Source: Amoebidium appalachense
Lineage: Eukaryota; Protista; Ichthyosporea
Direction: 5' to 3'
NCBI GenBank assembly: GCA_963693365.1
Contig: CAVNZM010000009.1
Coordinates: 452,963-516,962 of the forward strand
DNA length: 64,000 nt
Shown: piece after piece, positions 1-13,110 of the stretch
How positions within the stretch are numbered: position 1 is the first letter of the stretch
Layout: the number at the start of each line of letters is the position of its first letter
Notes under the pieces: model-generated
Told to the model about the DNA's origin: nothing
What the model saw: the letters and a program-made list of their open reading frames with translations, nothing else
The model's database searches: none
Program-made: the position numbers and the translations under genes

Positions 1-2356
1 CTATGCATCGGGCCTGTAAGAGACCCCCCCCCCCCCCCCGAACCCCCCCCCCCCGAACCCCCCCACCCCAACCCCCCTCCCCCCCACCCCAAAACCCTAA
101 ACCCCCCTCCCCCCCACCCCAAAACCCTAAACCCCCCTCCCCCCCCCCCACCCCAAAACCCTAAACCCCCCTCCCCCCCCACCCCAAAACCCTAAACCCC
201 CCTCCCCCCCACCCCAAAACCCTAAACCCCCCTCCCCCCCCACCCCAAAACCCTAAACCCCCCTCCCCCCCACCCCAAAACCCTAAACCCCCCTCCCCCC
301 CCCACCCCAAAACCCTAAACCCCCCTCCCCCCCCCACCCCAAAACCCTAAACCCCCCCTCCCCCCCACCCCAAAACCCTAAACCCCCCATCCCCCCCCCA
401 TCCTCCCCCCTTCCCTCCTCTCTTGGGGGCCTGCGGATGCCTCCACTATCCCTTTTTCCTTGGGCGTTTAACGGACGGCTTCTTTGCGATTATGGTTCAA
501 TTTCCACACTGTGCATGTTTCAGAGGCAGGCTTTGCATTTTATCCGTGTTTCAGTCCCCCCCTCCTGTCCTAAAAGATACATTGGGGACTGGCACAGTGA
601 CCCATTGTTGCGTCACTTCCTCTGTGTACACCACGTGTTCGTTTTGTCCAACTTGTACAGATTGATATGGTGCTCTACCATACCACTCCCCCCACTCCCC
701 CCTCCCCCCCCCTCCTCCCTTCCCCCCCCCCCCCCCCAAAAAAAAAAAAAAAAAAAAAAAAATCCAGACGCACACACAAACAGAAATATGATTGATTACA
801 CACACGTGCATGTTGCTCCTGTTAGTCAACCCCAGTTTGCACGCGTACCATGCTGACAGAGGGGTTGCAGATTCGTGGTGGATCTGGTGGAAGACAACCT
901 TTTTGGGTGGCACGTGCAGGTGTGCGCGTGTGTGTGTCTGTGTGTGTGCCTGTGCCTGTGCGTGCGTGTGTGTGCGCGCGCGCTTCTGCATGCTGCGTGC
1001 CGTGCCTGCGTGCCTGCGTGTGTGCGTGCGGGCGTGCGGGTGGGTGGGTGGGTGGGTGGGGGGGGGGGGGGGGGGGGATTGCAGGACTCCCTGTCTCCCT
1101 GTTAAAGTTATGCAGCTTCACCGGCGCTTTTTCATAGTAGCTGCCCGGTTCAGGAAAGGAACACTCGATATATGACTTAAACATTGAATGATGATTGCTT
1201 AAGGAGACTTGGGGGATGGATTTTAAATAAATATTGGGGGTGCGCATCAGACCGAGATGACCAAATTCCATAATTGATCCAGCTGATTAATCGAGGCCAA
1301 AAATCCGAAAGTTCAACTTTCAATATAAACCCCATGTCGATTGTGAGAGAATTAGCGCAGAAACCGGGGGAGAAAATGAAATATTAATTATAAAGTGGGG
1401 GGTGATTAGTTATATTGGAAGAATGGCATCCCTTGGAAAAATCAAGTTTTCCCGTTCTGCACCTCTTAGTGTAAACAATTATAGAAGGGGTAGAAATTGA
1501 TTTTTTCGAAGGTTGACACCTTTCCAACATAACTAATTAATCCCCACTTTATAATTGAAATTTCATTTCCTCCCCCGGTTTCTGCGCTAATTCTCTGAGA
1601 AATTACCGTTGAAAATTTGACCAGTTTGAGATTAAAGCCCCCAAACCGACAATTTCAGTCTACTGGCAGGCTCGAATTTGATCGATCTGATCGATTGGAT
1701 CCGCCCCAATTTTAAGCGAAAATCCATCCCCCAAGTCTCCTTAATAAACAAACACTTTGATCCTTCTTTTTTGGTCCCTAATTAGCATGGTTATACATCA
1801 ACCAATGATCATGTGAACCCAACCGCAGTATGTTTCACCCTAGGAGCAATAAACGACCATAACAACCTAACAACTTATAAGCTTATATAAGATGGGGATT
1901 TGCATGTCGAGGGGAATTATTTAAAGGCAAATGCACTGACACACAACTCCAGTACACATGCAAAAGTACAACCCACCCATGGGAGGAAACGGGCGGGCGG
2001 GCGCGGGGGGAGGGGAGGGAGGGGGGGGGGGGGGGAGGGGGAATTATAAGAAAGAGTGTGTGTCAGGTTGAAAAGGGCCATGTTGTCGTGGGGAAATGGG
2101 TACGTATATGGGCACGTGTTTGTTTTTTTTTGTTTGTTTTTTTCTGTGGGGGGGGGGGGGGGGGGGGGGGGGGGGGTGCAAAGTGGTGGGTGGTGTGTGT
2201 GTGTGTGTGTAGGTGTGGGTGTTTGGGGGGGGGGGGGGGGGGGGAGGGGGGGAGTGGGGGAGGGGGAGGGAGTTTTAGCTAATCACTGTCTCCCCCCTCC
2301 CCCCTCTCCCCCTCCCCCCCCCCCCCCCCCCCCCGAAAACACACACACCCACCCAC

Positions 2357-2421
<65 letters not shown>

Positions 2422-2484
2422 CTGACCGAGTCTGAGTTTGCCGAAGACTCGGCCATCAGAAATGACCTCGTACAAGTTGCGGTG

Positions 2485-2554
<70 letters not shown>

Positions 2555-3891
2555 CACGCACCCATCTGTGCCAGTCGTAGACATGTGAAGAAAAGAAAAG
2601 TGTGCAAAGCCGTTATAAAAGGGGTCAAAAAAGATGAGACGTGTGTGTGTGTGTGTGTGTTGGGGGGGGGGGTCCTTTTTTTGTCAGTGGAGGTTGCGGA
2701 ATAATGATTGCTGTGGGCATGTGAAGGGTTGGATGGCTGCTTGGTGGGGGTGCAGGGAGGGGGGGGGGGGGGGGGGGGAGTTGATTAGCATTTTTTTTTT
2801 TTGGGGGGGGGGGGGAGGTAGGGGGGAGGGGGAGGAGGGGGGGCCGGCTACCTTCTGAGGTAGCTCTTGTTTTTCAAGGAGACGCGGACGATACGGAGAG
2901 CGGCTGATCACGTGACTCACCGACCTTGAAAAATAGAGCTACCCGGCGAGATGACATCACACAGGGTGCGAAACTTTTGTACTCCTAATAAAGGCATAGC
3001 TGAATAGGGGCATAAAACGCACGTAGAGACCGATTTTTTTTTTAGAAACACTTTTTATTAATTTACAATTGGTGAATTGCATCTCAAAAGGACAAAATGC
3101 TTTGTTCTTGCGTGCACACTTTGATGCCTTTACCGTCTTACATTATATTTTCACAGCCTGGGAAATGGCGTCTTGACTCCGAGTCGCGGCAGACTTGAAT
3201 GCCGAAGTCGTTTGGAGGAGTCATCTCACAGATACGATCGTGATTGGAGTCACAAGTTGACAAAATAGACAGTCCTGGGCCTTAGCCGTAAATGGTTATT
3301 GATTGTTCAGATCTGCTAATAATTCGTTTGGTACATAGATCTTGGAATTTCCTTGCCAAATTTGGACGATGTGTGACTTGTGTACCAAACGTCATCTCGT
3401 CGCGTGCCCTCACATCTCGTCGCGTGCCCTCAGCCAGCGTCGATTTATCGTACATAGGCTAGAGGGCATAGTTAGTACGTGCCAGAGGGGGGGCATGTTT
3501 GATGGGATGATGCCAGCACTCACATGCTCCGGGTTTGGGGGGAGCAGAAGACAACTGGGGGGAGGCACACATCCTGCTGTGCATCAAATTTCCAAGCGAC
3601 TATCCATTCCACGCCCCCTTTGTGTACATCATACGCCCCCAGGTTGGTACAACCCCCCCCACCCTCTTCCTCCCTTGAAGTTCACCTCTCCCTGTCCCTT
3701 GCCATCCCCTACCCCCTCCCCCCCCCCCCTCCCCCCCCCCCCCTCCCCCCGACCCCTCCCCTCCCCCTTCTCCCTCTTTCTCTCTATCCCTCTCCTCCCC
3801 TTCCCCCCCTCTGCACCCACCCCTCTATCTCCCCCTACCCTCTTTCGCTCCATCTTCCTCCCTTCCCCCGCCCCCCCTTATGTACACATGG

Positions 3892-3955
<64 letters not shown>

Positions 3956-3968
3956 TACATACATACAC

Positions 3969-4005
<37 letters not shown>

Positions 4006-4695
4006 TATATATATGTTTATGTATAATATCTCTATCCCTCCCCCCTCCCCCCTCCCCCCGTTATGAACTCTCCGTGTTACCTTGCTGTCTTTCTCCCCCC
4101 CCTCCCCCCTCTCCATGTATTTTTTCCTTGGTTTTTTGTCCGTGTTTGCAACCCTCTAATGCATAAATCCCCCCCCCCCCCCCCCCCCCCCCCCCCCTTC
4201 CACACACACATATTCCTCACCCTCCCCCCCCCCCCCCCCCTCTCGGCCCACCCGCCTGTTGATCTCTCCAGGCTATCTTGCTCTCCTCCTCCCCCCCCCC
4301 CCCCCCCGCTCCCCACCCCGCCAACACCCACACACCCCTCTTTCCCTCCTCCTTGCCCCCTCCCCGCCCCCGCTTCCCCCCCCTTTCCCTTCTTCCCCCT
4401 TCACTCCCTCCCGGAGGGAAGGGGGGAGGGGGGGAGGAGGGGGGGGGGGGGGGGGGGGGGGGGACGCCGACTCAAAACTCTTTATATTCGTGACCCGGTG
4501 AGGGAGCCACCCGGAGGCGGCATGTGTGGCATAGCACTTGGGGATCAGTGGCATGCTATAACGGGTTAAAGGTACCACACAAAGGGTTGGCTGGCAGGCT
4601 CCGAGTATGTTATTTGGTTTGGGCATAGCATGCATGACTTGGTGGTGCGCCTGATGCTAACTATAACACCCGTGTACACCATACATGCCTTTCCC

Positions 4696-4732
<37 letters not shown>

Positions 4733-4887
4733 CCCCCCTTCCCCCTCCATCCCCCCTATCCCAACCACAAACACACACACACACCTAGTTTCACATGTAC
4801 ATGCACATGCACACGCGTACACACATGAACAGGCGCGTGCACACACACACACACACGTCCGCACATACATGTCCGTGCACACACACG

Positions 4888-4960
<73 letters not shown>

Positions 4961-5123
4961 TGCAAGTACGTGTTTGATGGGGCCATCTGCATGGAGCTTC
5001 TGATCGATTGGAACCCTGCCCACAGCAGTGTCGAATCCATTCTCCTGCAGGTTAAAAATGCCCCCCCTCCCCCTTGAAGTTCTCCATGTTTTTTTTCTTT
5101 GTGACTCGTGGAACCCCCCCCTC

Positions 5124-5160
<37 letters not shown>

Positions 5161-5499
5161 TTCTTTCCCCTCTCTGCCTGCCATTGAACAACGTGTCGAA
5201 AAAGAGTACTTTTTGCTTCGAAGGGCAACCCGTCCCATCCCCCCCCCCCCCCCCCCCCCCCTCCCTCCCTCCCCGGCCACCACAATGACCTCCCCCCCCC
5301 CCCCCCCATTCCCCCTTACCCCTCCCCCTTCCCCTCCCCTTCCTCAAACAGAAAAGGCCCAATTTGAAATGCTTGTGCGAGTGTTTTGATTGGAGAGATC
5401 GACCAAATATTTGAACGATTGTGCTGAGGGGTGTATATCTGGCATCCGAGTGAAAGAACTCATTTTTCTTTGGGTGAAACTTTTTTTTTCTCTTACTGT

Positions 5500-5530
<31 letters not shown>

Positions 5531-5881
5531 GGGGAAGGGAGGGTGAGGGGGGATAGTAAGCGCGCGGGTGATGGAGGGGGAGGGGGGAGGGCGGGGGAAA
5601 GCGTTCTGTCAGGTTGAGTTAATGAGTGGCGGTTTGGTGCGTGGCAAGTTTGGGGCCTCCACACCAACCGCACACAATCCCCCCAGATCTGCTCCACACT
5701 GGGTGAGGGTGGAGCCCGGCTAGCGACTGTGGTTGGCAGGGAGGGAGGCAGCCAGGCGGGGGGATCCAATGGGGAGGTTTCGGGGGACTACAGCCCTGAG
5801 AGGGCCCAAAGGGCCTACGACCATCTGAAGAGCTACCACGACCAGTTGGGGTGGACACACCGCAGACTCCTGGATGCGTAG
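1..5881 (+). CDS. Ubiquitin-conjugating enzyme E2 Q-like (UBE2Q family), 3' part; gene begins before the window
   Basis: GT-AG exons <1-15, 871-919, 2422-2481, ~3548-3642, 4955-5050, 5687-5881 translate to [21 protein letters not shown] / [20 protein letters not shown] / ..[27 protein letters not shown] / [32 protein letters not shown] / [34 protein letters not shown]. This is colinear with the UBE2Q catalytic domain, including the catalytic Cys in GAICMELL. The fourth exon has a 1-nt frame discrepancy in a G run. Confidence 0.85.
61..390. repeat. ~30-bp C-rich minisatellite (CCCCAAAACCCTAAACCCCCCTC(n)A), about 10 copies, intronic
   Basis: Directly visible tandem units, each containing AAACCCTAAA. 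Confidence 0.9.
1203..1740. mobile_element. Non-autonomous DNA transposon (MITE), Kolobok-like, in a UBE2Q intron
   Basis: Perfect 22-bp TIR GGAGACTTGGGGGATGGATTTT / AAAATCCATCCCCCAAGTCTCC flanked on both sides by TTAA (1199-1202, 1741-1744). TTAA TSD with RR..YY termini fits Kolobok rather than piggyBac (CCC..GGG). A second internal inverted repeat spans ~1347-1412 / ~1529-1595. Confidence 0.85.
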
Positions 5882-6851
5882 ACCCCCCCCCCCCCCCCCC
5901 CTCCCGGCCCCTTTTTGTTCCCCACCCGAAAAAAGCCAAAACAAAATCCACATAATATGCATGCATTTTCTTATCAGGTTAGGTCTACAAGGTCACGATA
6001 TACGCAAAGATATTCCGAATCAAGAGCTTCGGGAAGAGGGACTGGTAGTGCTCCCCCCCCCCCCCCCCCCCCCCCCCCCCTTCTAATTTTGTGGGAAATC
6101 TCATAAACATTTTTGTCGGTCGCCATTACACACCGCGGCATGTGTTTTCTTGGTTTATTGTGTTTTGGGATGTCGATAACGATCACATTGACTGCGAACA
6201 ATGCTTCCATCATTTACAGTGTATCGATATTTGGGTCGTACTGCCCTACCGCGGCTTTCAGTGAAAGAAATGCAGTATTATAACCAGCTTATTGTATGCC
6301 CCAGCCCCTGAATGATTCCTCTTTCGTGTTGAATTTCTTCTTTTTTTGCCTACTACGGACTGGGATTACGAAGGTTCAACCCCTCAGGGGGAGTGGGTTT
6401 CGGTGGGAAAGAAATTTGAACGCGTCAATTTACATGTAACACACTGCAACGTAGGATATGACTGAAAAGCCAGCTAAAGAACCAATTCCCGTCACTTTGT
6501 TGTATTTTCTCCCCTCTCGTTTAATGGCAATATTACCCGACTATGGCTGCAAATATTTCTATTAAATCTGAATCTTGCGTGTAGACTGCGACTCTGCACC
6601 CTTCACCTATGTACAGATATTGTAAGGGCTTAGGCAATAAATGCCAACTGAGTTTTCCCACGTCACTGTGATAAAACTGGTACGGAAAACGAGTGTCTGT
6701 CACGGCGTGCCATCGTGACCGAAAGGGTCTTGTTTTATTTTGTGCAGTTAACGCCTGTGAGCTTCTGGGGTGCCACTAGGGGTAATTCACATACTTGGTA
6801 CTAGTACCCAGTGCTGCTGTCGGTACTGTACATGTACACACACACACAGTG

Positions 6852-6898
<47 letters not shown>

Positions 6899-7254
6899 CA
6901 CATGTACACTCTGGGCAGGTGCCACACACGCACGCGCACGCGCACTAGACTAGACGTGGCACACGCGCACCGTCACGGACATGTACACACGCGCACATGT
7001 ACAGACTGCCAGCACAACTCTGTGCCGTGACAACTGTTTGACACGCATGTACAAAGGCTGTCCGACCTTCACACTCACATGCACACATCCACTGTATGTA
7101 TCGCTTTGCCAAGCCGCACTGCCAGCAGCTGGCAGTGCCCCGCACTCATTCGATACCGTGTAAGACAGTGTGTCAGTGGTCACGGCTGGGCCTAACACGT
7201 ACTGACGTGTTGCCGCACGTGCGACGTTTTAACATCTACTCAGGCGGCCCTTTT

Positions 7255-7297
<43 letters not shown>

Positions 7298-7587
7298 AAA
7301 GGAGACACCGCCTCAGTAGGTGGTAGCGGCCGGGCATACATATGGCCCCGGCATCACGGTGCTCGCGAGTTCTCAACTTGCCGTGCCGCGGCCGTGACCT
7401 GCAGCCACGTGGCGCTGCGGCGACCCACGTGCACCAGTTTCAGGGGCCGCGCACATGTAGGTGCGCAGTGCAGCGCACGCCACGGTCTCATCATGATCGT
7501 GATCAGCCTGTCCGGCACCCCATGGCGGCCTCGGGGGCACATAATAGTTACTGATAATTATACCAGGGCCTCCTATCATAACAATAA

Positions 7588-8045
7588 GGACCTGTTTGGC
7601 AGCCGAAAATAATCGCATTCGTGTCATTTCGCGAAAAGACGAATAATCGTGTTCACAAAATTATTTTCTGGTATACGTATTTAGGGGCAATGATGCGATA
7701 TATAATGGCGTACCACTACTAAACACGCCTGAAGACGCTTCCAGGTTTGACCGCGACACAAAATCTCGATACGACAAAAGAATGCGAAACATCATCTTAC
7801 GTACGATTCCATTGGTATCCAATCAACCAATCGCTTAGAACAGCGAACGGCGATTTGTTTGGCTAAAGTTATATCGTCTTTTCGAAAATATTTTCGTAAA
7901 GACGATATACATAGCCTGACTTCGATGTCCAACGCCTCGAAAGCTGTGGGGTGTTTGGCAGTGCACATTTTTGGAATCGTGTCATCACGCTAAAAGACGA
8001 ATACGATAAAGACACATCGATATAACTGCGCTGCCAAACAGGCCC
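7588..8045. mobile_element. PIF/Harbinger (Tourist-like) MITE
   Basis: TIR GGACCTGTTTGGCAGC / GCTGCCAAACAGGCCC (1 mismatch) with TAA on both flanks (7585-7587, 8046-8048). GGGCCTGTTTG-type ends and a TAA TSD are typical of PIF/Harbinger. Confidence 0.85.
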
Positions 8046-9135
8046 TAAGAGGCCTTGATAATTAGCCACTAGTAGAATCATTGTAGCTACAGAATCGGAT
8101 CTGAATTAGCAACACCGTAAGATCTGGACGGTAAAGGCATCGCCAGCGCTCGCTCTTTCCTCGCCCCATGGGCCAGGCTGGGCGCAGTGTCAATGAATAT
8201 TGATACTCTTTACACATTGCAACATGCCACGTGGCATGCAAGTCCGTGTGTCTAAGTGGCACGGCACGACCGGTCACGTGCACGTGCACACTGCACAGCC
8301 AGCGGCGCACACGTGTACCGTCACGGTCACAGTACTAGTACTCACCACACGTGGTCAAAACACGTGGTCCGATGCATCGTTTTTCCCCTAAATTTTGCAA
8401 ATTTGGTCCTGCTCTCAACACGGGGCGCATGAAGTTCACGGAAAATTTCAGCCAGAAGGACAAATCTAAAATTTAAATTATGATATAGCACCTGAGAGGC
8501 TGTGAGAGTAGCGCTCGGCGCGCTCGCATGTTACGTATTTGCTTTTATTTTTATTTTTGGAAAACCCATACGCTTGTTCTGCGGGGATGTGAGTTTTTTT
8601 TTGTCGTCGAAATACAATTTAATGGTGAATGAAGGCTTACATACTATCATAACCATTACAAGAGACTGGCCCGGAGAAGACCCCCCCATCTGGAAGGGTT
8701 TGGGCTGAAATCTAAACTTCTTTATTTGGAAGTACCGTTCAAGTGACTCAGACTGACTCTTGAAGTGAGGTATGCGGTCTAATCTCATTGACTTCTTTAT
8801 TTGGAAGTGCCGTGTAAGTGAGGTATGCGGCCTAACTTATCTCATTGGCGCCTGATTGAATTGCTCCACTGTGGCTGGTGTAGTCTGACTAGTGTCACCT
8901 CTAACAGGGCCCGGGGGGTTTACGCTAAAGTTTACTCGAGGCAAAGAGAGACCAGTCTCAGGTATGGGGGGGGGGTTGCTCGGAATATCCCCTCAGCGGT
9001 ATATCATGATCACGTACATAGCTGTCGGGTCATGATTATATATATATATCAGGGTTTACTTTCTCTACGAGACGCCAAAAGACTAAGAAAAAATCAATTA
9101 GTTGGGGTTCCCCGTTTTTTTTTTGTTTTTTTGTT

Positions 9136-9185
<50 letters not shown>

Positions 9186-10592
9186 CTCCCCTGGGACACT
9201 CGGTATCAGCTGGTCGTGCGTGTGTGTGTGTCTGTGTGTCTGTCTGTGTGTGTGTGTGTGTGTGTGTGTGCACGGTGTGTGTGCGCGCTAGAATTTTGTA
9301 ATGATGTGTTTCTAGAGCCAATCAATACATCTAATAAACAGGTCGTAGTTTCGCGTGTTTAGTATAAAATCATGGATGTTGTAATTATCAGGTAGGCTAT
9401 CTTTCTGGGAGTCTGTTGTGAATGTGACGTGTGTGTGTTGCGGTATTATGTTGTCTATCAAACTACATTTGGCGATACATGACCGTTTAAACTGGTGTGT
9501 GTGTGTGTGTTGTTTGGGCATGCAAACGATGCCACCTTATAGGGTTTACACACTTTTTATTGCGTGGACCTTATACTTATTAGATCTCCACTGTATAGCA
9601 CGTGTACAGTAAAAGCGTGGTATGTGATCATGATCAATAATACCATCAGCTAGAGAAAGCCCAAATCTACAGGAAGGTAATATTTATTTAGGTGTTACAC
9701 ATATGCGAGTGCCATATTTGGCAATATGGTTAATTAAGGTAAATACTTGTTAGCATAGCTTTCCTTTAGAATTTTAGACTCATTACAGTGTTCCCTCCCT
9801 TTTACGGGGCCTCGGAGTCGAAGATTGTCAATTGCGCATACATAGAAGCACCAGATCTCAGTTTGTTGACGTCACTAAAACGACGACTAGGCCGCGGCCC
9901 AAAAGGCCCATATTCGCGTTATGGGGTTGTTTCTACAGTTTCTTTACGCAATGCAGCTTCATAGCAACTTCGAAGGCGGTGCCGTTTCATCATCAATGAA
10001 AAGTAACACATAGTGTATACACCGCCTGGCAGCCCGCGAGATGTCTCCCTATACCCAACAAGCTACCGGTGCGCCGAGCCAATCACGAGGTTGATTGGCA
10101 CTTCGAAAGTCTATTCGCATTGGTTTGTTGCCAGAACATTCCATTACACCAACTTTGGGCTTTCAGAAGTTTATTTTGAGTTTAAAACTATCCCAACCAA
10201 CAAAATGACTCGAAGACTTCCAACACGGATTATCTAACCAAATTATCTGTATGCTGGCTTACTCATGACTATTTCTGTGTCTATAATACAAAAAAATAAA
10301 GCTCTCTTTATTAATTATGACCATGCAAAATTTTCACCGCAAGTCGCAAGAAATGGAATTAATCACAAAGCTCCCCGTAATTTCGCTATCTCCTGTGTTG
10401 CACACATTGATCCCCGTGCACGTGCCCCGCCGGTGATCAACTGGCACAGTGGGCGGCCGCACGTATACGTACACACACTGACCCTCGCTTAGAGTCCACC
10501 TAATACTGTTAGTGTTTGCGCCAAGGTTTCGTTTTGGACCAGCTTTTTGCTTTATTATCTCGTCTTGGTTTCCGGCGCCACCCATCATCGCC

Positions 10593-12706
10593 ATGGGGCA
10601 CTTGCAGTTCTCGTGCCTGTTGTGCTCTACCAAGCCGGGGCCCCGCTTCAACACCGAGCGCCACATATGGTGGGTCATGGGGTGTACACTTTGTTGTTCA
10701 GTCAAGAGAGTCACCCCACTGTGACCACGATGGCACCTGGAAGGCACACACACCGTGCAAATTTGAAATAGCAACTTGAGCCGCAAGGGTGGCTCGTGAT
10801 GCTCAATCCCTCAGTGATCCCACCCGTGGGTTAAGGCCAGCCTAGTGGTTGACTAACCGTAGAGTCCAGGGCGACAGATCCTTTAAGTTATTTGGCCCCG
10901 GCGATGACCAAAAAGGTTTTCGGTGGAGAACTTGAACGTTAACAGTTACTTAGAAACTGTTAACAGCTTAGTATCTGTTAATGTTGGAGTGGGGTCACTA
11001 ATGAGGTCCTCGGTGAGCCGTTGAGACTCAGTAACTATTGAAGCCTTGGCCCGAGAAACTTTCTTCAGACAATTTTGAACGTTTCTGTTTTTCTATTCAT
11101 CGAATTCAAGCCAACACTCGGGGCCCGGAAGATGCCACAAATCGTTGCTGCCATCGCCGACTTACAACTTTGTTGTGGTATACGATATGCGTCACAAGGC
11201 CCATCCACCATCATGTCCTGCACATCACTATTACTCAGTCGGATCGGATACGCAATGATTGCCAACGTGGCACTGGCCGATCATGACAGTGACTGCATTT
11301 GGCCAAATATATAGCACTATGTACACTGTGCTGGATACTTCAAGTGACTAAAAGTTAACATTTAGGTTTTGGGAATAAAGGCCTGCGTGTGAACCCAATT
11401 GCAAGCCGCATTATCATAGTAAAAGTTACGGTACTGACGATACTATGAATGCCCCTCAGGACACGACACATACGACCCGAGCTTGGGCCCAAGCACCACG
11501 GGATATACTACGAGCCAGGGGAGCACAAAAAGTACGTGGTGCAGTATGTGGCCGTGCTGAAGAGGAGGTCAACAACAGACCTGGCATGTGCACCTGCACA
11601 GGAGGGTGCGAAAGACGGGCGCCAAAGACAAAACTTTAGGGTGGAAACGGCACCGCTCAGCTACGGCACGCACCATTCCTTGCAGCCGAAGGAAGAAAGA
11701 CACTGTGCCGGTAAGTGACACAGTCACGTTGCATGTGTGTGTGTGATTATACGGTTTGTGCATCCGATCCGAGTCGTATGATATCCCTTGAGTGGGAAGC
11801 GTGAAGTTCTCTGTGCCGCCCACATAGTACATGACTCTGCCGCAGCAGCGGCGGTACAGGGCCTGGGCCGTCCGTGACAATGATAAGTTAATAGACTTTT
11901 GCTTACACACAGGTCAGCGGCCGCAGACCTATGACGTCAAGCCGCCACAACTACCCGGTGTTGCACCCAATTTAACCGCACGCCCCAACACATACCCCGT
12001 CTACACATCCGGTCACCAGCCCCCAACAAACCCCCGCTACTCCCCGCCCCCTCACCCCCCTCGTCGCTACAGCCACGACCTTGCCATGCGCAGGGGCACC
12101 CAGTCGACGGTGGAGAGCCTGATAGGGCCTGGCCCTGTGGCACGCAGACACTCGGCCGAGCCATATTTGGTAAGAAGGCACCCGGAATACGCGAGGAATG
12201 ATTCGCTGCCGAGCCACATGGAATCGGATCCTGATGTGCACGTGCACGTGTACCGATATGACAATCGCGTGCCTGTTGGTGTGTCTGTGAGGGAGTGCGA
12301 GCCCGACTGTTCAACGCCATGCCTTCAAACCACAAAACTCCCCCCGCATCTTTCTACTTCTGCGCCCGAATGCGAAACGCCTAGGCCTAGGCCTTGTGCG
12401 GTTTGGTATAACGAGGCTGCCATCAAGGACTCGGAGGAGAGGCACGAGTCTTCAAGCCGGGGCTACATGCACCATGATGGCTTCCAAGAAGAGGCACACT
12501 ACATGCCCGTGTATGCACGTGTCAAGACCGAGCACACACACAGTCACTGTCTACCTCCCAGCACTCCTCTGCCTGCCTCCCATGTGGATACATACGTCAT
12601 GCCCGTCGGCAACAGGCAGCCTTGTGGTTACTCTGTGTGCGGTGCTGGCACGTCGTACGAGACATATGCAGGCAGTAGCAGGCCCGGCCTGGAGCAGTAC
12701 TACTAA
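10593..12706 (+). CDS. Putative transcription factor with a single N-terminal C2H2-type zinc finger and a Pro/Ser/Tyr-rich tail (~373 aa)
   Basis: join(10593-10669, 11460-11710, 11913-12706) is in frame with GT-AG introns and a TACTGAC branch point at ~11432. The splice creates CLLC-STKPGPRFNTER-HIWTRH, i.e. C-x2-C-x12-H-x4-H. Confidence 0.75.
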
Positions 12707-13049
12707 CTGGGCTACCGTAAGCTAGGCTAGATAGAGCCTCTCCTATATATGGTGCTCAGCCTGAACAGTAACTATTGGCACGGCCTCGGTCATGTAACAG
12801 TGTTAACACCAGCGGACACTTTTTACTTGAACCTTCAATGTGCTTTGTAGTCATGATAGATTCTTAGATGATAGAGAGTCTCAGTAATAGTCAATTAGAG
12901 ATGATGGCATTCAAGGCGGTAAACTACGGTTACTGGCACAGTTCTAAATTACTAAGTTAGACGAGTGAAAGCTAATTGCAACCGTTTGTACTCCCTGAGC
13001 CTCAGTGACTGTGCGACGCGTAATTAGCACTTCCAACTTAGCATATACG

Positions 13050-13110
<61 letters not shown>

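Noticed and set aside
61-390. True telomere at the window start
   Set aside because: Units are interrupted by C tracts and lie inside a UBE2Q intron.
9000-9640. Possible pogo/Tc1-like end (CCACTGTA at ~9590) and weak inverted repeats
   Set aside because: No matching opposite terminus or TSD found.
6373-10937. Short similarity between 6373-6421 and 10801-10937 (TCAAYCCCTCAG..GGTTTCGGTGG..TTGAAC)
   Set aside because: Only short words with very different spacing; cannot be separated from chance by eye.
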